From positions 4,326,082 through 4,390,081 of the forward strand of contig JBNZDD010013687.1 in NCBI GenBank assembly GCA_050575255.1: a DNA stretch of 64,000 nt, written 5' to 3'. This DNA is from Harriotta raleighana. Taxonomy: Eukaryota. A model generated the notes under the pieces. That model did no database searches. It saw only the letters and a program-made list of their open reading frames with translations, and had not been told where the DNA came from. Positions 37,501-48,097 of this stretch are shown one piece after another. The position numbers and the translations under genes were made by a program. Within the stretch, counting starts at the first letter, position 1; each line of letters opens with the position of its first letter.

Positions 37501-39789
37501 TGTAATTCGTATGGTTTCACATCAGTAATAATTTATTGTTATCTTGATATCTTAATTATGAAAAATGCATTAATGACTGGAGAATATCACTTCAGTATAC
37601 AGTACTTTTGTGGATTATCAATGTAATAAGACAGAAATCCAAGTTCACCAATTAAAGCTCAATCTACAGCAAATGTAGTATTTGCTGCAAGACAAAATCT
37701 GACATGGCACTGCAGGAGTGTTTGTGATCTTTGTTCTAGGATCCAAGGCTATTGAAAATGTCCCCCCTCTTTAATATACAATTTATTTGGAGGGTTCCTT
37801 CCATATTCCAGTATGATAAAAACATCATTGTACCAACTGCAGAAAGAGTTGTACTGCTTTTGGAAGTGTCAGCGCCTTGGGATGTCCTCCTGACGTGAAA
37901 GGTGCTGTCCAAATGTAATTTTTTTTAGTGGTTGCATGGCACCATTTCTTCCTGTTAACAGATATAGATCAGCACAGCTATCTGTACAGCAACACAAGTC
38001 CCAGGCCTCCAGCTGACATCACCCAACCGATGGCACTCACTGATTTGCTAATCGATAACCATTATTGCTTGAAAAAAGAAAGTAGGAGCTTCAGTTGGAC
38101 ATTTAAATGCAAATGCATCTTTCTGCTGGGAGGGGTGAACCAGATCATTTCTGATTGTTTCTGTTACATGCTGAATGGTGAAATACAACCAAGCTAAACC
38201 TAATCCTAAAGTACGGTAGATAAATAATGAATAAAAACATACCCAGCGGTCCTGAAGTGAACGTGTGTGCTTTCAGACATTGGCAGAGGAGCAGGAATAA
38301 TGTTTGGCTATCTTGACTGATGAATTAAAGATCACTTGGGTAACAGTCCCTGGTACATATAGAAAGGTACATCAGCATGATCATTAGCATCATTCAGGTG
38401 AGGAAGAAAAAAATATTGATTGACCTCTTAAAGACCCTATATTACACTACTGCTCTTTACAGTACATTCTTTGTTGCCTCTCATGTTCATTGAATTATAT
38501 ATCTCTAAAAACTGAGGCACTCCTATTGAGTGACATTCAGAAAAAACTTGTCTGTTTGAACAATACTGAAATTGTCTGAACAGGGAGCTTCAACATCTGT
38601 CAGTTTGAGGAGATGATAATCTTTCTATATCTGAACTCAGACCAGGATAACAAAAACTTGTTTGACAGGTGTGAGAAGACTGAAAGAATTGGTTAGCTAA
38701 GCAGCTGGCTGCATGAGTGTATGCTCCATAATTAGGCATCATGTATAATATGAATTAGAATAATAAAATATAATACTCATTTTCTTTGATACAGAGCGTC
38801 TATACCATCAATGTGTCTGAAAGTGTTTTACTGGTAATTACTGTCAAGTGTCAAGTCATTCTAAGGCTATTGCAGCAGCCAGATTTGCGTAGAGCAAACC
38901 CAACATATAGCCATCAGGTGAATGAGCAATTTATTTGGATGACTGTTGCTGTAAGGTTTACTAAAACTGGGATGTACTGCAGCTCAGTTGTTCTTTTATT
39001 AGTGTGAGTGGGAGGGAAGAGGGCAGTAGGGAACCCTGGTGACTTTTTTGAAGTTACTTCTTCCAGGACTACAAGACAGAATGTGACTTTAGTATCAGTG
39101 AATAGCATATGTTAGACTCTATTGTAGTTAAAGTTAATGGCATCCCATTTAACACACTTGTAATTTAGGAATGACGGATGCTCATGAGATTTGTGTTAAG
39201 GTTGCCTTGCAAAAGTTTATTATGTGGGCTTTATGCAGTTTTATAATTGAAGCAAATCTTGAACTCTTTCTCACGATTGTTGATACCAAATTGTTGAAAT
39301 AGTATTCTGTTTCTTTTTAAATACTGAAGGGTGTAAACGTGCTTCTGTTGAAATCTAACAGGAAAGTTAAGGCATATTCTGTAATAAAATGTGTGATTGT
39401 GCTGGGAGAAAGACTGACTAATTTCCTGTCTCCTTGGCAACTTCTTTTCCGGGGGGCAGTGTCGGGTGAATTTCCATGAGAGAAACATGTGCTGCTGTTT
39501 CTGTCTGGTTGCTAAGGGCACTTTTCAGCTACAAAATACAGTCATTTCACTTCACGGGTATATTCTGTAAAGCGCTTTGAGATGTTTCAATAACATGAGA
39601 CATCTTGGGTCATTTTTCTATGGTCACCATCTTGCAAAACAACACTGTCTTAAGTAATGCAATGGCAAATCTCATTCAGAGAAATTGAAGATTGTCTGGT
39701 ATGTGAAATGATAAATGGCATTGTGATGGTGCACATTCCTCAGAGAGGTTAAGGCACACCGCTGAGGTAATTGTTTTTGGTACTTCATC

Positions 39790-40030
39790 CATAATAATTG
39801 GACTGCGATGGGACATTCCACTCATGCTTGTCTACTGTTCATGCACATACGTTTCTGGAATCACTGGATAGCGATTGTGGGAGTGGGAATCCCTGCTCAT
39901 TGTTTCTACAGTATTTAGCTTGGAATACTGAAGCCAATTGTAATCACTAACTCCAAGTCGGCATTGACCAGTAGTTAAATCTAAATTAACTCTGTACATC
40001 ATATGTTGCATTTACCCACAGAGCCATTGA
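39790..40030 (-). mobile_element. Diverged SINE of a second family (fragments also near 45590-45690 and 63270-63320)
   Basis: Minus strand reads ATGGCTCTGTGGGTAAATGCA...TACAATTGGCTTCAG...GGGATTCCCACTCCCACAATCGCTATCCAGTGA, resembling a recalled chondrichthyan SINE; family name not assigned. Confidence 0.45.
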
Positions 40031-40251
40031 TTGTGAAAGTGGTTAGTCCAAGGAGCAAGAAGCACTGTGCAAAATATACCCATTAGAAATTGAGAAAATA
40101 TGTTTTATTAACTAATTATTTTTCGTCAATGGAGCTGTTCCGGACCTGTTTTTCTGGCATAATTTATATACAGCATTTTATATAGAATGTGGTGGATATC
40201 AGTTATAATTTTGAAGATTTTGTATTGCTGCCAACCAACCTCATTAATTTC

Positions 40252-40541
40252 AGGAGTGCTGTAGCTAGAGAGGCACTTGCTTCTCAAGCAAGAGACCCGG
40301 GTTTAATTCCCGGCACGTTTCCTTACTCCAAAAGCTTGATAATTAATAATCCCTCAAGAACAAAAAATAATAAATCCATGACTGTGAGACACTGCTATGC
40401 AATTGGCTGCCGTGTTTCGCCCCTAAATGTACAGTATAGTCAATTCACTTTACAGTACCATATATTCTGTGAAGCAGTTTGAGACGTTTAGAAGATGTGA
40501 AAAGCACTATATTAAATGCAAGGATTATTATTTATTATTAT
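40252..40541 (+). mobile_element. tRNA/Deu SINE, diverged
   Basis: GGAG..TGTAGCT head, GCAAGAGACCCGGGTTTAATTCC, core and tail. Confidence 0.85.
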
Positions 40542-40829
40542 AGTACTGACATTGTAATCACAATATAAGTGACATTCCAAACTCTAGATTAATCGGAAGT
40601 AATTATCATAATTTACTGTCCGTCTAGAATGGCCCCTTCTTGCTTGGCAAATAACATGGATATGTATGTGTCTTTTCTTGTGTTTGCGATATAACAGTCA
40701 CAGTTTTTCTGTTGCTGCTAAATCTGTCTGTCATTTTCTTCTTAGCATCAAAATTGCCATTTCTGGTTATTTATTTAATACATATTTATTTTATTTAAGA
40801 CGATTAATGTATATTTTGTATGCGTCTCA

Positions 40830-41472
40830 TTTTCCGTAATTCGCGTAAACTTGCTGGCCCCGGGCACATGCGCACTTGCGAGGACGCCGGCCCCGCACGA
40901 TGCACACTTGGGAAGTCAAACTTGGAGATGGACCCCATAGTGGAAAGGAGTCTGAAATTTAAAACAGATCTGGATGGCCTCTTAGGACCTTACAAGGAGC
41001 TCATGAAAGACTTTCGGTGGAAGGCAAAATGTGGAAAATCACTTCCTTCTTTCAACCTGCCAATTTGTCTCAGCAGTCATCCACTGAAATCTTATCTGCT
41101 GCTGCATCTTCTCGGCCATCCACTTTTGCCTCTCCCCAAGCATCCACTTCGATGGAGTTTGAGGCTGACGATTACTCGGCCTCGGACTGCTATGAGAGCG
41201 GGGAGAGCGACGAGAGTAGGGAGAGCGGAGATAGTGACGAGAGCCGGAAGTGCAGGGAGAGCGGGGAGAGTGGGCTAGCCAGCTGTAGCCTGCCTCAGTA
41301 CATACCTTGTATTGGTCAGGTGTAGATGTGCCTGGAGGCTTGAGGTGGGTAGCCTGTGGCTGGATTCCCCTAAACTTCCTTTTCCCATTACTTGTTAAGA
41401 TTACCGAACGAGATTTTACAGAGTGTGCAGTTTTCCAGGAACATAACCCCCGTGTTCTGCAAGTGTTAACTG
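40830..41472 (+). mobile_element. Tigger-type element with C-terminal transposase remnant and right terminus
   Basis: EMDPIVERSLKFKTDLDGLLGPYKELMKD..KITSFF resembles Tigger/pogo transposase C-termini; the right subterminal block is shared with 6807-7436 and 24000-24706; ends ACTG|TA. Confidence 0.75.
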
Positions 41473-42407
41473 TACTTGGACTGTTTTCACTTGGAAACAT
41501 ATACATTTACTTGTAAAATCGTGGCCTTCATTCCATATCAGATCAAAATTTTGGCGGAAACATTATTGATGAGTCATATTGATGGATCCAAACTGTGATT
41601 GTGGTTTTTGAGGTGGCTCTTTACTGTGTACAGAATACCTTGCTAGTATTTTGCAAAATTGCAGATATTAAATAGTGCTGAGATTAAAGTCTTATCAAAA
41701 TGTATTCAGGACATATCATGCTGAAATTATTTACCTGGCCACTACATGAATATCTTTATTGTTTCATTGTTTATCATTTACTAAAAGTAAAATATGATTC
41801 ACATTTTAAGTATGCCAATATTTACATATTTTGCTTAGCAAATTTTCTGAGGCGTTCTCATTTCCTTAAATTAAAATAAATGGCTATTTTCTGCTAAAAT
41901 GAAAATGACAGGCTGATTTAGTGGCGACAGAGAATTTCTTATCATCATCCTTATGCTTCTCAGTGTAACGTTTCTAAACGTGGAAAGATATATAAATATT
42001 TCACTGAAGGTCTGGCAATAATGTATATAGGCAAAGATGACATAAAAGTTGAAAGCAGCTTTACTGGCATATGGGATTTGAAGAGTGGATACACAGACCT
42101 TTTAAAGATAAATATAAAAAGGCAAATGCAGTTTTAAATTGGACTGTATAAAAGTGTTTATATTGTTGGAGACCCGAGAATATATTGGAATGGATTCAAT
42201 TTTCTCCATAAACTAAGTTCTCATATGTTTTACATTTGATTTCCTCCACTCCTGGTTATGTTTCTGTGAATATTCATTGTGTATTTTTGAGAGAAAGCTG
42301 AAAAATGTTGTTCTTATTTAAATTACAAGTTTCTAAAGTGAATCTAATATCCATTTAACTCACTGTCTACTCCAGCTCAGATTTGTGTCTTTTGCTACCA
42401 AAAAGAA

Positions 42408-42450
42408 AGTTTTGGAAACTCTGGGTAGAGTTTTGGAAACTCTGGGTAGA
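42408..42450 (+). repeat. Perfect 21-bp tandem duplication AGTTTTGGAAACTCTGGGTAG x2
   Basis: Directly visible. Confidence 0.95.
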
Positions 42451-43390
42451 ATGACGATCAAACCTAGAAATATATATGTGGTTCATTTCACATTTATCTT
42501 AATTTACAACTATACACAATCAGTGGCTGCAAGTTACTTTGCCATAAACTGTAGTTTTACTTTCAAAATTGCAGAATATATTTCATAAATTTAAAATTTA
42601 AATGAAAGTCTCTTGTGGAAGAGAAAATATCAGACTTTCACCTTGTGTGAAATCCATTTATTCATGTGTCATTCATTTGTTTGGCAGCAGGAATAGTATA
42701 AATCTATTGGGAAATCAATGCAATAAGTCATCAAAAAATACTTATTACAACTGATTGGAAATGGAAGATGTTCTGAATAATCTAGCCCCACCATTAGTAT
42801 TGGGAGAATTGACCCACCACAGTCAGCTTTAATTTTTTTTACACTAGTGATTTTTATCTATCAGCGAATTATATATACAGGTTTGATATCAATTTCCTCA
42901 CAATTCTTTTCTCTACTTTAGCTTTCTAATTGCCTTAAATTTTTGACTTAAATTGCCTCCTCTGGATTGAATTTAAATTGTAGACATGTGGGAACACCAA
43001 ATTCCTGCCAGGTAATTGTCAGTGGCATGACAATTCAGGAGTGATCCCGCAATTAATGTGTAACTTCAAAATTAATCAAAGTTGAAAAGAATATCATAAT
43101 TTTTTTGATAAATATGAGGTCACTTGAATATTTTGTGCTCAATCAGGCACTCTTTAATTTATTCTTTCTGTACTGTGGGAGAAGTGCTGAGGGAGAGAAA
43201 GAGAAAGGCATGTGGGGTAAGGCTAGGTAGTGTGTTTACATGAATACCTTGCTCTGAGAGATTATTTAGACTCAATGTGCTGAATACATAGCCTCCTTCT
43301 GTGCTGCAAATTTCCATGATTATCTACCTCAGATCAGATTGAACAAAATCACATTCATTTAGGTTTCATTTTTAAAACAAAGAAATGAAA

Positions 43391-44423
43391 TTGTAGTTGC
43401 ATTGATAGAACTGAAAAATAACATTTTCTTCTTCCTCACAGGATTCGTGCCTTTATGTCTTTATGAAACAGTCTTGGTTTCTGTATTAAGAACTTGCTTA
43501 TTCACAAAGGTGCAGGAATAACCCTGCCCATTCTAATTTATTTTTTGAAATAATAACATTTTGGGAGTGGAAAATCCCCACCATTTTATTTGAAGAATTA
43601 AATTTAAGTCTCATTTTTGTCTATGGATTGAATGATCAAGATTGTCTCCTCAAATTGCAAAGAAACCAATGGCTTTATGCATTTGACTAAGGGTTAAATT
43701 GTGGTTTTGTTTTCTCTTTGCTCCAGTGGCATAAATGTCGGCACAATGGCACTCTTATTTGCCAGTTTCACTTTTGGCATCAATTGCATTTGCACCATAA
43801 TTAATATTGACCCAAATATTTCCTTCAGTCCGATTATTTTCTCCAAAGGTAAATGATATTGCCCAGCATTGTTTAACTTAATGAATACGTTAGTTAGGGG
43901 GTGGTGGTTGTTAAGTTACGCTGCATGAGGTATTTCTGCCTCAGCCATTCAGTGTTAAGATCTGGCCTTAATTACACCAACTTTCAGCTGGTCTCAATAA
44001 TACTAGAGCCATATAAAAGAGCGTAAGTTCTTTCTCCTCACACTCACCTCCTGACAGTGTTGGGATATGTTTTGATGTATGTGGTGCTTCCTAACAGAGA
44101 CAGAGACCAAGGAGGAGGAGGCCATGTTCTTTGAATCGTTGATCTGAACTTGTAACAATAAGAATAAGACATGAGAACAAAACTTATCAAGCAATATTTC
44201 ATCATTTAAGCAAATTCAATCTATTCTGTCTCTTTAAATATCTTCGCCAGCATTGTGTTCTAAAACAAGAGTTAAACCCATGGTTCGAATTCTTTGACTT
44301 CAGGTGGTTGAGCTGTGGGTGTCTGAAGATAGTAATGTTAGAGTTATACATTTGTAGTTGCATTGATGGAACTGAAAAATAACATTTTCTTCTTCCTCAC
44401 AGCATTCGTGCCTTTATGTCTTT
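43391..44423 (+). repeat. 72-bp direct repeat pair (43391-43462, 44352-44423), 2 mismatches
   Basis: TTGTAGTTGCATTGAT(A/G)GAACTGAAAAATAACATTTTCTTCTTCCTCACAG(G/C)ATTCGTGCCTTTATGTCTTT at both sites. Confidence 0.93.
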
Positions 44424-46935
44424 GGAGATGCTTGTCAGGATTCATCTATGAACCTGGCATTCCTAGAAGCACGGCTTGGATTCAGAATGCTCTCAAGGGT
44501 CTAGCGACCTCTGATTTAGACTGAGTAGCTGCACAGACACCCACGCCCACCCACTGATGCACATCAAGGATTTTATTGGACCATAGATCAGTTATTTGAG
44601 TGATTGAAATCTCCCTCTTTAGTAGACAAAGTAGAAAATTTGAGTGATTTACAAGGGGAATACCCAATTCTACGGTGCCGACAAAATAAATGAGAAAGTC
44701 AAGCTTAAAATATGATGTTCAATATAAACATTTTGGATTACACTATTGACTAAGGGAAATTTTGGTGTGAATGCCAAAAAAGTTAAATTTTCCATTCTGT
44801 CTTGGCTGCAAACTGTTCCAATGTAACATAACACTAACCAATCATACAATATTGCTAATTCAAATAAAGGCTTCTTGCGAGTGCTATAGACAGGCCAGTT
44901 AAACACAAAATAATTCATATCTTTCCATGGAATTGCACTCACTCTAAAAGCAAAATGATGAAGAAAAACGTTGTTGAAATCCAATTGTTCTCAGCAAATT
45001 TTATTTTATAAATCAATGAACTTTTTCATCGAATCCTCAAAAAAATGATATTCTTACATTACTATATAGAGAGGCACAGAAGGAGGCCATTCTTCCCATT
45101 GTGTCTCTACCTATTTTAAAAGAGCTATCCTAATCAATCCCACCCCCGCTCTCCCCCAATATGCAAAGGTTGTTTTCTCCTATTTTTTCCCTTCTTCACC
45201 CCTGATATTTTTGAACTGAATGATCTATCATACTCATATTTTTGGGTTGGTCATTGGTCAAAGCTATGTTAAGTGCCTTGAGATACCTCCCAATGTGAAA
45301 GGCTTTATATGAATATACTATATTGTATTGAATTGTATAACAGAAAAGCTAAGTCAACTATGTCTCAACTTGCATATAATGCTGTTAAAGGAGCCTTGAA
45401 CAATGTATGTGTAAACTAAAGACTGACACTCGCATGTCAAAGTAATCTTACCATGTATGTAATGTGTGATTGATTTGATTATCTTATGTAAAAGTTAAAA
45501 GCACACACGTAATCGAACGTTAAGATCTCTCTAAAAGGTCACTGGATAAATACACCATATTTATCCTCACTGAGCCACACTGCTGTGAAGGTGTCAGGCT
45601 TAGTTTAATGTCCCGGAACTAACAATGGGGAGCAGGATGAAAAGGCCCCTGCTTCTGATTGTTGTCCTATGATTGGCACTTGAAATTTATCACTGATGTG
45701 GTGAAATTACTTTGAGATGTGACAAGCTTAGATCGGTTAATTTACATTCTTTACATGCGATTCTGTAACATGCTACAACCACCTGGAATTCTGCTTTGCA
45801 CCTTGGATGTAAATCTCAAGAAGCCATGGTGGATCACCAGCAAAGCCTCCATTTTAATCCTACTGGTCGGGCCTAAGAACATATTTCCAATTCTTAAAAA
45901 ACCCAAAGAAATTGAAATCTAAATTAGAGATTTTAATTTTATATCCATGTGATCTGATCAAAGATTAAAAAAAATCTTTGAAATAAACATTTGTTATATC
46001 AGCACATCATCTAACTTGCCACCATGGGTCAATTTCACTGTAGACAGTGGCTTTCTCAATTGAAGGGTTTTCCCTTTATACACTATGTATACACAATAAT
46101 AACATATCCTAAGGCCATCTTAATCTATGTGTTGTGCCTTTGACAAACTCATCCTTTGGTTTGTTCTGCATCAACACAAGCCTCCAGCTGGTGTTAATTG
46201 TACCAGTCATTTGCACCAGACCGAAAAGGTAACATTGCAGATGGAGCACATATAGTACAGACACGCCTCCTCATTATTGTACTCCAAGGCAATAATTAAA
46301 TGCAGAGCAATAGCTTAGCACCATAGCAGTCTGGAGGGGATAATGCAGTTTTGGGCGAAAAATTAGTACAACTAAAGACAGGCCAATTCACCCGTATGAA
46401 AATAAGTTTTCAGTGGCAGCAATCATGGGTGAGATATTCCTCAAGCCGTTCAGCATAGCGATTTTGGATGATATGTTAAGATGAAATAATTGCCTCAGTA
46501 CACAACTTCATGACTCTTTGCATTAGTATCAAAAGATTACTTAAAAGTACCAAATTCCCCTTAGCACACACACACCTTTAAATTTAACCTTTCATTCAGC
46601 CGACATTCAGTTTTTACTATTCATTGCCTTTTATAAGCTTGAAAGAATTTACATGCAAAGAAAGGTAGATATACGCACAGCAAAGCTTTCACCTTACTGA
46701 CAAACAGGTGAATCTTTTCAATTGCTTCTTTCAAAAAAATTTTTAATTACAGCTGAGATATCTACCTTTCATAATCTTGAAAGTATTTACCTGCAAAGAA
46801 ATGTAAACATAATCCAAGACATTTCTGCCTGTGACTGGCACGGATACCATGCATTTGCTGTTTGTGTGTCTCATTTACACGTTTTATAAAGTCTTGTGGC
46901 AAAACCTAGAGAATGCATTTGTCAATCTTATTTGT

Positions 46936-47230
46936 GGAGCCCTGTAGCTCAGTGGTTAGAACACAAGCAAGAGACCTGAGTTCAGTTTGAGGCGGGGCAA
47001 TACCTTCGGGCAAGTTTCCTTACTCCACACGCCTGATAATAATACCTCGAAAAAATAATAAATTGATCATTTCAGTCCGTAACTGATTGTGGGATCCTGC
47101 TGTGCACAATTGTTGCTGCGTTTCGCCCACAAATATACAATCAATTCATTTTACAGTATATTCTGTGACGTACTTTGAGATGTCTAGAAGACGTGAAAAG
47201 CGCTATATCAAATACAAAGATTAATATTAT
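46936..47230 (+). mobile_element. tRNA/Deu SINE
   Basis: GGAGCCCTGTAGCTCAGTGGTTAGA head, core and tail. Confidence 0.9.
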
Positions 47231-47426
47231 CAACTATCAGTTACAAACAGCAAAGTAACATTGTCTAGAGTGGGTGAGTGGTGCGATAGTTTGCTCTGTA
47301 CTTTGAGATGTCTAGAAGACGTGAAAAGCGCTATATCAAATACAAAGATTAATATTATCAACTATCAGTTACAAACAGCAAAGTAACATTGTCTAGAGTG
47401 GGTGAGTGGTGCGATAGTTTGCTCTG
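47171..47426 (+). repeat. Perfect 128-bp tandem duplication (SINE tail + unique flank)
   Basis: 47171-47298 is repeated at 47299-47426. Confidence 0.93.
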
Positions 47427-47586
47427 CATTACAGTAAATATTGTGTGCAGTTTTGAAGGCCAGATCAAAAAAAAATGTTTCTGGTAGCAAGATGTTTCAA
47501 GAAGAACTGAACATATATATAAAATGGTTAGTGATGAGCGACACAATCCAGGTCTTTAAAATGACAAGGAACATGATATAGATATA

Positions 47587-47966
47587 CAGTAAAACCTCGT
47601 TTATCCGTGACCTGATCAACCATGACTCGATTCAATTGCTCGACCCCCTCCCGGGACAATTCCCCATTCCAGAATTGCGAATTTGCTCACTTTGCGCTAG
47701 CACATGCGCACTTAGTAAACTTATGCACTTTGCATTTTTTACCGATCGGTAAAAAACCTGCGTTACCGATTTTTTCCCGACTCTGTTAGGATGCTTTGTT
47801 GGTAAGTATCCATACAATATTCTGTTACTATGTAGTGTATTATTAACATGTTAGGTTTTAAAATAAGTTAAATTTTTATGTCGGGTTTTCGGCGACTTCT
47901 CCCGTTTATCCAGCACCGTCAATTAGTAGACCCCCCCGAGCCTGCTGGATAAACAAGGTTTTACTA
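47587..47966. mobile_element. 380-bp Tc1/mariner (Tigger-type) MITE
   Basis: TA|CAGTAAAACCTCGTTTATCC ... GGATAAACAAGGTTTTACTA|TA: 18/20 TIR match and TA duplication. Confidence 0.85.
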
Positions 47967-48075
47967 TAAATGGGGTATTTGACTTGGAACTGTCAAAAAT
48001 ACAAAAAACAATTCAAGCACATTTTGAAAACATTTTTAATCTCACTGAATAAAATGTTGGGATTGGGATATCCCT

Positions 48076-48097
48076 CAACAACAACAACAACAACAAC
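48076..48097 (+). repeat. (CAA)n microsatellite
   Basis: Directly visible. Confidence 0.85.

Noticed and set aside
40820-41506. 152-, 102- and 155-aa ORFs as host genes
   Set aside because: They lie in a degenerate Tigger-type element and its GC-rich tandem repeat.
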